Sequence record: ON184125
Length of the DNA stretch: 64,000 bases
Strand: one strand, 5' to 3'
Source of the DNA: Escherichia phage PC3
In this document: positions 54,736 through 64,000 of the stretch, piece by piece
Position numbering within the stretch: the stretch's first letter is position 1
How the letters are laid out: each line of letters opens with the position of its first letter
Translations under genes and position numbers: made by a program
The notes under the pieces: model-generated
What the model saw: the letters and a program-made list of their open reading frames with translations, nothing else
Database searches by the model: none
Told to the model about the DNA's origin: nothing

Positions 54736-56634
54736 TTATTCATCCTCAGTTTCAAATAGGCAAACATCGCTAAACCAGGTTTTGCGGTAATCGGCGGCCT
54801 CGTCACCGAAGCCATTCTTCAGTGACTGTTGATAGCCATCGTCCAGCGTGACCGTCGTAGTATACGCATCCAGGTTGTTTAGAATACGTTTGAAGTCTTC
54901 AGTGCTGTTACCACCCAGACCTTTCAGATATTTCTTCTTCGTGATCTTCTTGGCATCAGGCGTCTTCAGGAACTCCTCATACTCTGCGTTGTTCATGAAC
55001 TCATGCATCACCTTGCCACACCACACACGCATGTAAGGGGTGCGCAGGAGCTTCAGCCTGCCCTGACGGACGTACTCCGGCCAGTAGGTGCAATACAGGG
55101 TGATCAACAACCCACGGATGTGAATGCCGTCATCGTCCGCATCGGTAGCCACAACAGTCTGTGGGTAACGGGTGATGTCAAGGGGCTGGCCTGGTACTGC
55201 ACCGCCGTGGATCGTACACAGGTTCTTGAACTCTTCATTGTTCATCACCTTTGAGCGCGGGGCGTTCAGGCAGTTGATGAACTTACCACGAAGCGGGAAC
55301 AACCCGATCTTCTTGGTGTCGCGGGCGTTCAGGATAGGATTGGAGGCACTATCACCCTCTGTCAGCAACAGGGAGCATCCGCTGCGGTCACCACGGGCGG
55401 TCGCCGGGTAATACTTCTCAATCTCACGATAATCCCGCTTGCTGATGTCCTTCTTGGCCTTTTCAAACTCAGCATCATCCTGCTCATTGCGCAGGGAAGC
55501 CAGTTCTTTGCTCAGACCAGCCGTAACGAACTCAAGCGCCTTGCGGATCAGTTTATCGCTGGGCTTGTACGACGTACCGAACTGGCTTACAGGAGTGGTC
55601 ATGCGCTCCTTGGTCTGGCTGTCAAAGCGCGGGTTGTTGATGTCGGCGGCGATGAACAAGGACATGTGGTTCTTGATCATTGCTGGCTTCAGTTCGGTCT
55701 TGAACTTCTTCACCAGCTGGGGACGAATCGCTGCCACGATCTGGTCAGCAACATAATCAACGTGAGGACCACCGATGTGGGTGGCAATAGAGTTCACGTA
55801 TGATGCGTGCATGAACGTACCGGATGAAGGGGCTACAGCAACAGACCAATCCCCGGTTTCGTCAACAGCCGAACCAGCATGGAAGTAATCAACGAAGTGG
55901 CCAAAGCGGTCAATCCGGATTTGCTTCCCATTGAGAACAATCTTCAGGCGCGGGTTACACGCAGCCACTTCAAACGCGCGGCGATAGATCATCAGCAGGT
56001 TGTTCTGGTCAAGTCCTTTGACGCCCAGACGAGCATAGTCAGGGATCCAGGCGATGGATGTGCCGGGACTGTTCACGTTGCTGATGACTGGGTTAGATTT
56101 CTTGCTCATGTTGTCTTCAAACGTCTGAGTATAAGACTTCTTGCCGTCATTAGTCGTGACGCGGAACCATTTGGAGAACACGTTGACGAGGGACGCCCCT
56201 TCGCCATTCTGACCACCGGACTTCTGGTTGTTGTACTCTTCGTCTTCGTCGTTGAAGTTCGATCCTGCAAACAATTCTGAAAATAACATTTCTGGCAACC
56301 ACATACCAGATTCATGCTTGACCACAGGGATACCCCCGTTGTCAGCAACGATGATTTGACCGTTCATCGGGGAAACTGTGACGGTGATTTCCGTCAGGGA
56401 TTTACCCTCAGGGGTCTTGCTGTGGTCAACACAGTTGGTGATGATTTCATCAAACTGTTTGATAAGAGCGGGGTTATATTCAAAATTGTCTTTAAACACA
56501 ACTTTGTCTTTGCTGAGATCATATACCCAAGCCATCCCGACAGAAGAACGGATACTCCCTAGATGGCGCTCTGGGCGAAGGAGTATATGCTCGATGTGTG
56601 AGAGCTTTTTGTATTTTCTGTTTACATCAACCAT
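54736..56634 (-). CDS. DNA topoisomerase II large subunit (fused T4 gp39+gp60-like, GyrB-type ATPase)
   Basis: 632 aa; GHKL ATPase N-terminus, TOPRIM region, longer than T4 gp39 alone. Confidence 0.85.
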   Translation of the reverse strand: MVDVNRKYKKLSHIEHILLRPERHLGSIRSSVGMAWVYDLSKDKVVFKDNFEYNPALIKQFDEIITNCVDHSKTPEGKSLTEITVTVSPMNGQIIVADNGGIPVVKHESGMWLPEMLFSELFAGSNFNDEDEEYNNQKSGGQNGEGASLVNVFSKWFRVTTNDGKKSYTQTFEDNMSKKSNPVISNVNSPGTSIAWIPDYARLGVKGLDQNNLLMIYRRAFEVAACNPRLKIVLNGKQIRIDRFGHFVDYFHAGSAVDETGDWSVAVAPSSGTFMHASYVNSIATHIGGPHVDYVADQIVAAIRPQLVKKFKTELKPAMIKNHMSLFIAADINNPRFDSQTKERMTTPVSQFGTSYKPSDKLIRKALEFVTAGLSKELASLRNEQDDAEFEKAKKDISKRDYREIEKYYPATARGDRSGCSLLLTEGDSASNPILNARDTKKIGLFPLRGKFINCLNAPRSKVMNNEEFKNLCTIHGGAVPGQPLDITRYPQTVVATDADDDGIHIRGLLITLYCTYWPEYVRQGRLKLLRTPYMRVWCGKVMHEFMNNAEYEEFLKTPDAKKITKKKYLKGLGGNSTEDFKRILNNLDAYTTTVTLDDGYQQSLKNGFGDEAADYRKTWFSDVCLFETEDE

Positions 56635-57457
56635 TATTATCTCCGTAAAATTTCAACCAGGCGGGATCTTCTTTTGGTATCCAACCTTTCTGAAATTTAG
56701 ATATACAAGTTTGAGCTGTGGCCTTAGAACAAACAGAGCTTAACCCGGTTTCTTTCAACATTAAACAATAACGGTTCTTCACTTTGTCTTCACCGTTACT
56801 ATACCACCATTCAAAGAATTCACCAGCCAAGAGCCATTGTCGGGATTTACCCGTCTTTACGACAGTCGGGTGTTCCCAAGGTTGTATGTTATTCATGGGA
56901 TTGTTCTGGCGCCACATAGCAGAATACCTCTCCCTTTCTTCTGGTCGCCTCATCCGTTCGGTGACTGATTTGGTAAGATTGGCTTTGTGTGCTTCGGAGT
57001 GTGGTATCCCTTTCCTGGATTTTGACAACCTGCGCCTTGATTCGTCATTCCAAGTGTAACCTCTCAAACTATCCGCACGTTTCTTCTGTACTTCTGGGTT
57101 CAATGAGTTTTTCTTGGATTGCTTACGACAACGTTCCTTTTGTTCATCAGATGACATCACTTCTTTCATTCTGGTGGAATTATTTCTCCTCAATTCCCCA
57201 AACTCTTTGTTGTTCCTAGACATGTTGTTCATCCCAGTCCATGCCTTCCTGATACCGGGGTTGAGTGGTTTTGTTCTCCAAAGTAAGTGATGTACGACAT
57301 AATGTTCTTCTGGTGTCAACCATACAAGATTAGAGAAGTGGTTAGTGCCACCCAAGCACACAGGGATTATATGGTGGCGTTCTTGATAAACGCCATCCAT
57401 TTTACCTCTCTGTATTGCTCTCTGTATGAGAGCGTCTAAGATGATTTCGTATTTCAT
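56627..57457 (-). CDS. HNH homing endonuclease
   Basis: 276 aa; ERHHIIPVCLGGTNHFSNLVWLTPEEHYVVH HNH motif; basic C-terminal half; abuts the topoisomerase start. Confidence 0.75.
   Translation of the reverse strand: MKYEIILDALIQRAIQRGKMDGVYQERHHIIPVCLGGTNHFSNLVWLTPEEHYVVHHLLWRTKPLNPGIRKAWTGMNNMSRNNKEFGELRRNNSTRMKEVMSSDEQKERCRKQSKKNSLNPEVQKKRADSLRGYTWNDESRRRLSKSRKGIPHSEAHKANLTKSVTERMRRPEERERYSAMWRQNNPMNNIQPWEHPTVVKTGKSRQWLLAGEFFEWWYSNGEDKVKNRYCLMLKETGLSSVCSKATAQTCISKFQKGWIPKEDPAWLKFYGDNNG
56627..57457 (-). mobile_element. putative homing endonuclease insertion upstream of topoisomerase II
   Basis: Free-standing HNH gene overlapping the 5' end of the topoisomerase large-subunit gene. Confidence 0.35.
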
Positions 57458-58035
57458 AAGCCAAATTTGCTACGCCACTTTTCAACCTTGTGTTCAATAG
57501 CGTGCTCCACTTTAATGCGAGTGGCCATCAAAGAGGATCCACGGATCGCCCCTTCCCCACACCCCATGCGCGCAACATGCTTGATTAGGTCATTGACGAG
57601 TTGATCCAATCTGTCTTGACTGCGATAAGGCTGGTTACACAATCGGATAATCCGGCCATGATAATGATGGATAAGATTCAGATGCTTTTGAGGATCACGA
57701 TCAATCAGACGGAACCAGTCTTCTTCCAACAGATTAGAAGAAATATCGTTCACTATCGCCATGTGGTTGATGACAGAGTCGATCATTTCGGCCTTGTTCA
57801 TAGAGCCGCGCATTTGGACGTCGTCATAATCCATGACGTACAGAAGGTCAATAGCAGAGATAATGACATCAGCAACTTCGCCATTCAACGGCTCGGAAGA
57901 TACTATGCCATGAAACACATCAGACAGTTCACAGATCTCTTCACCTAGTTTGTTCAGAACAAACACAGGCGAACGGTCTGGGGTATGAGCAGTGCAGTCA
58001 TAAGAAGTGTCGACGATAGTGTGTAGAAATTTCAT
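57454..58035 (-). CDS. MazG-like nucleotide pyrophosphohydrolase (tentative)
   Basis: 193 aa; LGEEICELSDVF ... EVADVIISAIDL resembles the EExxE...D pattern of all-alpha NTP pyrophosphatases. Confidence 0.4.
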   Translation of the reverse strand: MKFLHTIVDTSYDCTAHTPDRSPVFVLNKLGEEICELSDVFHGIVSSEPLNGEVADVIISAIDLLYVMDYDDVQMRGSMNKAEMIDSVINHMAIVNDISSNLLEEDWFRLIDRDPQKHLNLIHHYHGRIIRLCNQPYRSQDRLDQLVNDLIKHVARMGCGEGAIRGSSLMATRIKVEHAIEHKVEKWRSKFGL

Positions 58036-58520
58036 TTCAAAGTTCCTTGTATGCGGAGACGATTAATGTGGGCAATGATATAGTCCATAGAGTTTTGAAA
58101 ACTGTATTTCCCGTTCTGAACATATGCATGGATCAGGGGTAGGCGACTGTACGCCAATCTGATTTTCAGACGTTCAGGCATTGTCTGGAGTTTCATACTA
58201 GTTGCAAATAGGATATCGCGCTTGAATTCTTCGGTGGACGGGTCCAGGACAATGACGCGAGAAGCCGCCAATCCCTGTCCATATTGCTTGGCCTCATAAC
58301 CGTCGAGCAGGCGCAGGTTGTCATCCCTATACTTCAGCCAATACCAGTACCCCTCCATGGAGTTGAACACACCATGTTCATGGGTAGTCATTGGATGATG
58401 GGTAAAATGCGAGAGGAAGCGCCCGAGTTCCGTCTGGCTCCGGCTATAGATGTTGAAGTGATTCTTACCCTCTGTTGCAGGGGTCATCTTGTTCTGTGGA
58501 ACGTTCATTAACAGCATCAT
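58032..58520 (-). CDS. hypothetical protein
   Basis: About 162 aa; start region ACTACATCATGATGCTGTTAATGAACGT parallels the start of 36153. Confidence 0.5.
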   Translation of the reverse strand: MMLLMNVPQNKMTPATEGKNHFNIYSRSQTELGRFLSHFTHHPMTTHEHGVFNSMEGYWYWLKYRDDNLRLLDGYEAKQYGQGLAASRVIVLDPSTEEFKRDILFATSMKLQTMPERLKIRLAYSRLPLIHAYVQNGKYSFQNSMDYIIAHINRLRIQGTLK

Positions 58521-58562
58521 GATGTAGTTTCTCAAATCAAAGTATTGCTGTGTGTAGTGAAA

Positions 58563-58760
58563 TTACTTCTTCATGCAGCCCATATAACTACAGGCCAAGC
58601 CGATAGCGGCGAATACGATAGCCAGGACAAATCGGGTTATCTGCATTTGTGGTATTGTGAGCAGCCCGATCACGTTTTCGATCGTCAGGAAGAAACACAC
58701 CCCAGCGACGACACCGAATTTGAACGAGTTTCGTTCTTTGTAGATCTTGAACCTGAACAT
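58563..58760 (-). CDS. small membrane protein
   Basis: 65 aa, AGGAGG SD, two hydrophobic segments. Confidence 0.45.
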   Translation of the reverse strand: MFRFKIYKERNSFKFGVVAGVCFFLTIENVIGLLTIPQMQITRFVLAIVFAAIGLACSYMGCMKK

Positions 58761-58805
58761 ATGCGCCTCCTGATTGAAGCGGGGAGTTTCCTCCCCTGTA
58801 ACTAT

Positions 58806-59306
58806 CTAGCCCAGAAACACTACTAAAGTCAAATTAGTGAGGGCGCTGCGACCTTCCCGCAGCATTTCATGCGCAGATGCAAGGCGCTTGGGGTCATGCA
58901 ACGTATCAGAGAACACGATGATGTTTGCTTTATCGATGTCCGTGCCCATGTAATGGGAGATGGTTGTCGTGTGCTGTTTCTTGTCTACATCGGGCAATGA
59001 TACATCCGCGCCTGCTCGGGAGCGGAAGAAAGAATCGCGTTCACTAACGCTATGGAAGACACCCATGATGTTGAGGTTGTTCTCTGTCTGGAAATCATAG
59101 GACAGAATCTTCTTCAGCGCGGCGGTGTGCCCAGTCTGGCGCAGCATGCGATAGTACAGTATGTTTCCAGGACAGGTGGGGTCCGTCACACCTCCCCTCG
59201 ATTGGCGATCTTTCTGGATTTCATACGCATCCAGGATAAGTTGTTGGACCATTTCAATATGGGCAGTCAGGGAGATTTCGACTTTACGTTTGACCATGGA
59301 TTTCAT
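58806..59306 (-). CDS. hypothetical protein
   Basis: 166 aa. Confidence 0.55.
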   Translation of the reverse strand: MKSMVKRKVEISLTAHIEMVQQLILDAYEIQKDRQSRGGVTDPTCPGNILYYRMLRQTGHTAALKKILSYDFQTENNLNIMGVFHSVSERDSFFRSRAGADVSLPDVDKKQHTTTISHYMGTDIDKANIIVFSDTLHDPKRLASAHEMLREGRSALTNLTLVVFLG

Positions 59307-59371
59307 TTGGTGTATCCTCAGTTAGGTTCCGCTCATGGGGAACGGGTCCATTATACACCAAATGCTGGAAA

Positions 59372-59396
59372 TGAAAAAGAGGCCGGAGCCTCTTTT
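59372..59396 (-). terminator. rho-independent terminator (minus strand)
   Basis: AGAGGC-cgga-GCCTCT hairpin flanked by A-run and T-run; nearly identical hairpin at 61456. Confidence 0.65.
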
Positions 59397-59625
59397 AGTC
59401 TTCATATTTGCCTGTCCTGAAGTTCCACTTTCGCGCATTCTTCAGGTCCAGGTCTTTGAAGATGTTTCCAAAGATCTTTTGGAAGGAGGTCTGCTCTTGT
59501 TCTTCCTCAAGATCCTTGGGCTTCTTGACAGGCTCTTTCACCATACCGCCTTCGGGTTTCCCCACATCGGCGGTCGTGGTTCCAGGGGCTGTCGAGTCTT
59601 CAAGGAAGTCCTGGAAGCCTTTCAT
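59395..59625 (-). CDS. hypothetical acidic/lysine-rich protein
   Basis: About 76 aa from Met 9 of track ORF. Confidence 0.45.
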   Translation of the reverse strand: MKGFQDFLEDSTAPGTTTADVGKPEGGMVKEPVKKPKDLEEEQEQTSFQKIFGNIFKDLDLKNARKWNFRTGKYED

Positions 59626-59627
59626 GA

Positions 59628-60449
59628 TTAGATCGCAGCCATTTCGCAACGAGTAGAGGTCACAGAGTGGCCGTCAGCGTCTTCAACAACACACCAGTAC
59701 TCACCCTCGTTTTCGGCAGCAACTGCAGTGATAACCAGGCTCGCAGTTGCAGCAGTGGGGTTAGTGCCAGCATCGATCACCTCACCTTCACCACCAGGGA
59801 CATCAGAGAAGTACCAAGTATGTGTGTATGGGGTAGTGCCGCCTGTAGCAGCGATGGTGAAGGTTGCGGATTCACCTGTTGTTACATCCTGAGAAGCGGC
59901 CAGATCGGTAGATAGAGACAGAGCGCCAGCCACTGTGATGACGGTAGAGTCGGTGTGGTCACCTTCGATGGTTACACCGTAAACAGTCACTGAACCCGGC
60001 GCCAGCAGCTTGAATTTACCACCACCGATGTGCACAGCTTTGGTCAGATCGCCAGAGTACCAGTTGACACCCTGGTAGGTCGCGTTCTCCGGAGCGACGA
60101 CCGCCTTCAGTTCAACAACCTGACCGACTTCACCATTAGCAGTTTCAGGGGTGATGGTCAGGCCAGTGGTCAGCACAGCGCTTGGGTCGTGGATTTCATA
60201 AGACAGCTGGAAGCCAACGGGCTTGGTTGGATCCACTTTGGTGACGCCATCGGCCTGCAAATTGCTCTTGGTCAGCAGTGCATCCAGACCTTTACACTCA
60301 GTCAGGATCTCGTCTGGGTCTTGGTTAAGACTGGTCTTTTCCCAACCCCGAGCAGTACCTGTTACAGTGTGAAGACGCTCAGTTTCCGGTTTGTTGCGAA
60401 CAACTTCCGGTGCTACTAATACAGTGATCGTTGGCATGGTTTCCTCCAC
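59628..60449 (-). CDS. Ig-like domain protein, possibly Hoc-like capsid decoration
   Basis: 273 aa; Big_2-like segment (YQGVNWYSGDLTKAV...GSVTVYGV) and Ig-like segment (GESATFTIAATGG...EYWCVVEDADGHSVTS). Confidence 0.55.
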   Translation of the reverse strand: MEETMPTITVLVAPEVVRNKPETERLHTVTGTARGWEKTSLNQDPDEILTECKGLDALLTKSNLQADGVTKVDPTKPVGFQLSYEIHDPSAVLTTGLTITPETANGEVGQVVELKAVVAPENATYQGVNWYSGDLTKAVHIGGGKFKLLAPGSVTVYGVTIEGDHTDSTVITVAGALSLSTDLAASQDVTTGESATFTIAATGGTTPYTHTWYFSDVPGGEGEVIDAGTNPTAATASLVITAVAAENEGEYWCVVEDADGHSVTSTRCEMAAI

Positions 60450-60808
60450 TCATCCAAATCGTTGTTCAGAGCCATCATCAGCTCATTATCTGGTTCGTAT
60501 GAACCGGAACATAAATCATCGCGCCATACGCCTAATGTCAACAAAGCAGCCTTGAGGCGTGGCAACTGGGGCTTATCCACCTTCAAAACGAGCATGTGGC
60601 AAGCGGCCTCTGTTTCGAACGTATTGAAGACAGTAATCAATTGATTGAGAATCAACCGAGGACTCTTACCAGGGACAAATCTCTTCAATGATTGATTAAT
60701 TAGCGAAATCCGCTGAATGTCTACCAGCAGTTCATCCCACGAGACAGAATCTACAATATAATGCCTCAGTGCATAATCCATCAAGTTGCTTTCGTCAACG
60801 ATAGGCAT
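60416..60808 (-). CDS. hypothetical protein
   Basis: 130 aa. Confidence 0.5.
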   Translation of the reverse strand: MPIVDESNLMDYALRHYIVDSVSWDELLVDIQRISLINQSLKRFVPGKSPRLILNQLITVFNTFETEAACHMLVLKVDKPQLPRLKAALLTLGVWRDDLCSGSYEPDNELMMALNNDLDEWRKPCQRSLY

Positions 60809-60838
60809 ATTGAATAAGTTCAGCTGTTGTACACCGGC

Positions 60839-61264
60839 TTATTTAATCTGCAATTTTTCGATCAGCTTCGCAATCAGCTGAATGCGATCTTCTTCTGTGA
60901 TACCCAGCGGCGCAGCCAACAACTTGAGATCGTCAACCCCCAACAGGTTCAGAGTCTCGACTGTGATGTTGGTTTCAATCACAGCCCCGGTTTCAAACGG
61001 CTTGCCGAACTTGTCGCGACCATAACGCTTGAGGGTCGCAGCCAGCCCTGGAAGCTCCTGGAGGAGTTCCTTCGTGCCGTCTTGGTATTCGCACACCCAA
61101 CCGTACCCGCCAGCGTAGACGACGCCTCCGTCTCCCCCTGGAGGGATGTTATCGATGGCGCGTTGTAGGTAGGTAGGCAACACACCTTCCTCCTTCGCCT
61201 GGATGTCATCGACTGGGGCTTCAGTTTTAATTTCAACTTTCTTGACTTCAGGTTTCTTCGCCAT
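60839..61264 (-). CDS. hypothetical protein
   Basis: 141 aa. Confidence 0.55.
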   Translation of the reverse strand: MAKKPEVKKVEIKTEAPVDDIQAKEEGVLPTYLQRAIDNIPPGGDGGVVYAGGYGWVCEYQDGTKELLQELPGLAATLKRYGRDKFGKPFETGAVIETNITVETLNLLGVDDLKLLAAPLGITEEDRIQLIAKLIEKLQIK

Positions 61265-61449
61265 GTTTGGTTCTCCTATAGACTGTTACGTATTTACCAC
61301 AGCAATTGCAGCAGTATACGTGCATCGCGTATCCTTCGTCTGTGAAGTCGCAACCACCACAGCGACAGAACAATTTCACGAACTGTTGGTCATGAACTTC
61401 ACGGGGAGGAAAGTTCTTGTGGGAGTATTCCCTGGTCTCGCCTTCGAAC

Positions 61450-61472
61450 TGAAAAGGAGGCCGGAGCCTCCT
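61450..61472 (-). terminator. rho-independent terminator (minus strand)
   Basis: GGAGGC-cgga-GCCTCC hairpin with A-run on plus (T-run on minus) downstream of gene ending at 61489. Confidence 0.65.
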
Positions 61473-61488
61473 TGGTGGATGGGTTTGG

Positions 61489-63051
61489 TTACTTGTACAG
61501 ACCTGTCACGTCAATAGACTTGTGCTGGCGGTTGTACTCAGCAGTGTAGTCATCCAACACCAGGTATTCACAGCAGCGGATCTTGCTGGAGCCATAGTCG
61601 TTGGTAATAGACACGATGTCTTTCGGGTTCAGCTTACAGCGAACAACGCGCTGGCCAACAGAACCGAAGCACTGTTTCAGATAGGCCAGGGAGCAAACGT
61701 GCAAACCGTATGAACACAGGTCAGAGTTGTTGTCGTTCACGAATGAGCGAGCCATCCGCACGATAGTGCCTGGGGCGTTGCTGATCGTGTTGCTGTGCTT
61801 GTCCATGTAGTTGCCGCGCACCGATTTGTAGAGGATGATGTCACCATCGTCGTCAATTTCGATGTCAGAGTACGCCATGAACTCATAGATGCGCCCAGAC
61901 TGAACCAGAGAAGCTGACGGGTTCTGGAACATTTTGTCCATAAACTTCGCCATGCGGTCCAGGTTGTGGAAGTCACCCTTCAGCATCAGCGCCAGTACAC
62001 GCTTGGCGATGGATGTGCCTGTGATGTCATGACCGGACCAGCGGACACGGTTGTCAGACACGTCTACCAGACCAGCAGCGTACTTCGCGATGGCTTCACG
62101 AGGGCGCATCAGCGAGTATGCCAGCTTCACGTCTTTGTCTTTGATCGCCTGTACGATGCGGTCATAGGCCGGGTGTGAAGTGGTGATCGTTTCCGGCTTG
62201 CCGTCAATCGCGATAACAACGCTGTCAGGCAGAATCAGGATCTGGTGTTCGTTCAGGAACACGTCCAGGTCTTTCGCTCCGAAGTCCTGCTTGGTCTTCT
62301 TGTCATCAGCCACTTCTTCAACATCTTTGATGGCGACGGTGAATTCTACAGAAGACAGAGCCAGACGCAGGGTGCGACCGAGGATGCCATCAAAGTAACC
62401 AACACGGCGACGGGCATCCAAGGATCCACGAATAGGATAGGTTTCCCCGTCAACCACAACGCTGATTTCAACGTTGCTCGGAACTTTGTCCGCACCTTCT
62501 GACAACGCCACAGAAATTTCTGCCATCTTGCCGATATCTTCAACATCGAAAGCGCGACTATCACCTTCCACAGGAGTCAATTCAGACTTTTCAAAGAAAG
62601 CCCCTTTGAAATTGTCGTCGTTAGTGAGACACAGATACTTGTTGTGGTTCGGCAGATATGCCCCAACATACCATTCTGTGCCATCTTTGTCTTTGGCCGT
62701 GCCGCCCGGTTGGACCTCGAACACTTCTTGTTCTTCCGGCTTGATAGGAGAGATCACAGTTACCTTGTTTTTCTCCTCGGTAATCCGGACCAACAGGGCA
62801 CGGGCGATCGTCTTGGCGCTTACAGCAAAGAACTCAGCCAGGGCACGGTTGCTTTCACCAGCCTTGCTCTTCATCTGAATCTGCTGAATCTCTTCAGTGG
62901 TAAGAGATTTCAGCGATAACGGGTTGACACCGAGTTCCGTGTCTGCAACACGTTGTACAGTCGAGCGGGGTATGCCCAACAGAGTAGCAATTGCGCTCTG
63001 GCTTTTGCCTTCCTTCAAATGCTTCAGGATCTTTTCTTCAATCTTGTTCAT
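61489..63051 (-). CDS. HTH-containing protein, possibly rIIB-like
   Basis: About 520 aa from Met 30; two N-terminal HTH-like segments; C-terminal segment resembles my recollection of T4 rIIB; near topoisomerase genes as in T4. Confidence 0.45.
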   Translation of the reverse strand: MNKIEEKILKHLKEGKSQSAIATLLGIPRSTVQRVADTELGVNPLSLKSLTTEEIQQIQMKSKAGESNRALAEFFAVSAKTIARALLVRITEEKNKVTVISPIKPEEQEVFEVQPGGTAKDKDGTEWYVGAYLPNHNKYLCLTNDDNFKGAFFEKSELTPVEGDSRAFDVEDIGKMAEISVALSEGADKVPSNVEISVVVDGETYPIRGSLDARRRVGYFDGILGRTLRLALSSVEFTVAIKDVEEVADDKKTKQDFGAKDLDVFLNEHQILILPDSVVIAIDGKPETITTSHPAYDRIVQAIKDKDVKLAYSLMRPREAIAKYAAGLVDVSDNRVRWSGHDITGTSIAKRVLALMLKGDFHNLDRMAKFMDKMFQNPSASLVQSGRIYEFMAYSDIEIDDDGDIILYKSVRGNYMDKHSNTISNAPGTIVRMARSFVNDNNSDLCSYGLHVCSLAYLKQCFGSVGQRVVRCKLNPKDIVSITNDYGSSKIRCCEYLVLDDYTAEYNRQHKSIDVTGLYK

Positions 63052-63082
63052 CTTGTAGTTCCCACGTTGGTTAACAGGACTA

Positions 63083-64000
63083 TTATGCCCTGATAATGGA
63101 ATTTGAAATAACGTCCAAGTAATCCGAAGAATTTTCAATCGGGTTCAGGGCGCTTGGTTTGTAATTCTCTTTCAAGAACCGGACAACACGATGACGTTCT
63201 ACGGTCATGCGGTTCGCCTTTTTCGCGTTCCGTGTTGGCGTCTTCAGTAAATCAAACGGCACGAATCCATGAATCCTCAGAACTTCCGATGCGTGACTGA
63301 AGATTTGCAACATGCGTTGTTCAGCGCGGAACACCCTTTCATCCCGCTCATTGGTGTACAGATTCAGATTCAGAGTGCTGATCGTATCCTGGAAATGTTT
63401 GAAGCGGCGAACCTCATGAAGGGAAACACTACGCTTCGACATCGCCTGATAATGGCGGATAGTTTGTTCGTCCAAGATATCGTCAACATAATCCAGCATT
63501 TGGTTATACCGATTAACCAGCTGATTATAACGCCCGTCTTCCCCTTCACCGAACGCCTGTTTTACCAGATGACACCCGTATTTCAGGCGATTAGAACCAA
63601 GGTGAAGTCTCTGATGAGATTTCAGCAACCGTATCGCGTTGTGGCGTTCCAGCATCGGCCTGGCATTCTCCAACATAATCTTCAGAATCTCATCAATCGG
63701 TATGAAGACCTCTGGGAACTTCTTCATCATTGGCACGGATTTACGGCGAGCCAGGAAGATCCTCTTGTGAACGTTCAGCATGTCGCTGATATACACTGGC
63801 TTGCCATCTTCATCCGCGTGAACGGCATGTTTGTAGAGAGACTCGCGAATACCCCGCGCCGCATCTGTGGTCAACGTTCTGCCCATCACCTGGTGGATAC
63901 ACTCATAGCCAGACACCTCAATATAGACGATGCGCTCGCCCTTGTTGATGATATCTGAGATCTGGTCGCCCGTCAGTTCTTCTTGCAGGCAGATATCGAA
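63083..64000 (-). CDS. 3' part of a larger CDS continuing beyond the window (possibly rIIA-like)
   Basis: Minus-strand frame is open from the window edge (64000) down to the stop at 63083; track ORF starts at an internal GTG; rIIA guess from synteny only. Confidence 0.4.
   Translation of the reverse strand, partial: FDICLQEELTGDQISDIINKGERIVYIEVSGYECIHQVMGRTLTTDAARGIRESLYKHAVHADEDGKPVYISDMLNVHKRIFLARRKSVPMMKKFPEVFIPIDEILKIMLENARPMLERHNAIRLLKSHQRLHLGSNRLKYGCHLVKQAFGEGEDGRYNQLVNRYNQMLDYVDDILDEQTIRHYQAMSKRSVSLHEVRRFKHFQDTISTLNLNLYTNERDERVFRAEQRMLQIFSHASEVLRIHGFVPFDLLKTPTRNAKKANRMTVERHRVVRFLKENYKPSALNPIENSSDYLDVISNSIIRA

Noticed and set aside
61300-61440. Possible Cys-rich mini-ORF (minus strand, MHVYCCNCCGKYVTVYRRTKHGEET or a longer GTG-initiated version) upstream of 60839..61264
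   Set aside because: Overlaps the start of the 141 aa gene in another frame, coordinates uncertain, and the open frame extends through a terminator hairpin; cannot be supported without expression data.
63269-63958. 229 aa plus-strand ORF at the right edge
   Set aside because: Antisense to the minus-strand gene that continues beyond the window.
1-64000. CRISPR arrays, integrase/transposase genes, prophage att sites
   Set aside because: No regularly spaced direct repeats and no recombinase-like ORFs were seen; the content is that of a virulent phage genome segment.

Overview
This 64 kb window reads as a densely packed segment of a T4-like (distantly related, possibly Ackermannviridae/ViI-like) virulent myovirus genome of an enterobacterial-type host; codon usage and moderate GC look enterobacterial by eye. 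Genes sit on both strands in tight, often overlapping (ATGA/TAATG) arrays separated by clear hairpin terminators. Recognisable modules: recombination/replication (Rad50-like gp46, gp61-type primase, gp32 SSB, UvsX, gp41-type helicase, ATP-dependent DNA ligase, topoisomerase II large and medium subunits, RuvC-like resolvase, possible gp59-like loader); nucleotide metabolism (NrdA, NrdB, glutaredoxin-like, dCMP deaminase, T4 gp1-like dNMP kinase, gp56-like dCTPase/dUTPase, a ThyA-family protein and an adjacent P-loop kinase); virion/baseplate genes (gp5-like spike with a CHAP domain, gp25-like, gp53-like, gp48/54-like, tape measure, Ig-domain Hoc-like); an endolysin, PhoH, two HNH homing endonucleases and possible rIIA/rIIB-like genes at the right edge. 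No tRNA, rRNA, CRISPR array, integrase or transposase was seen. The most interesting candidates are (i) a thymidine-hypermodification-type operon (P-loop kinase + ThyA homolog + dNMP kinase + dCTPase) with four unknown genes just upstream, (ii) a 13-gene accessory operon on the minus strand carrying a macro-domain protein, a DexA-like exonuclease and a small metallophosphoesterase, and (iii) a set of recurring regulatory sequence modules (TTCAAT box 12-16 nt upstream of TATAAT, TATAAT inside perfect palindromes, conserved 5' leaders shared by unrelated genes). Everything is from reading the sequence and the ORF track; protein family calls rest on motifs I recognise and were not verified by any search. 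Coordinates of non-CDS elements are approximate (+/- 2 nt).
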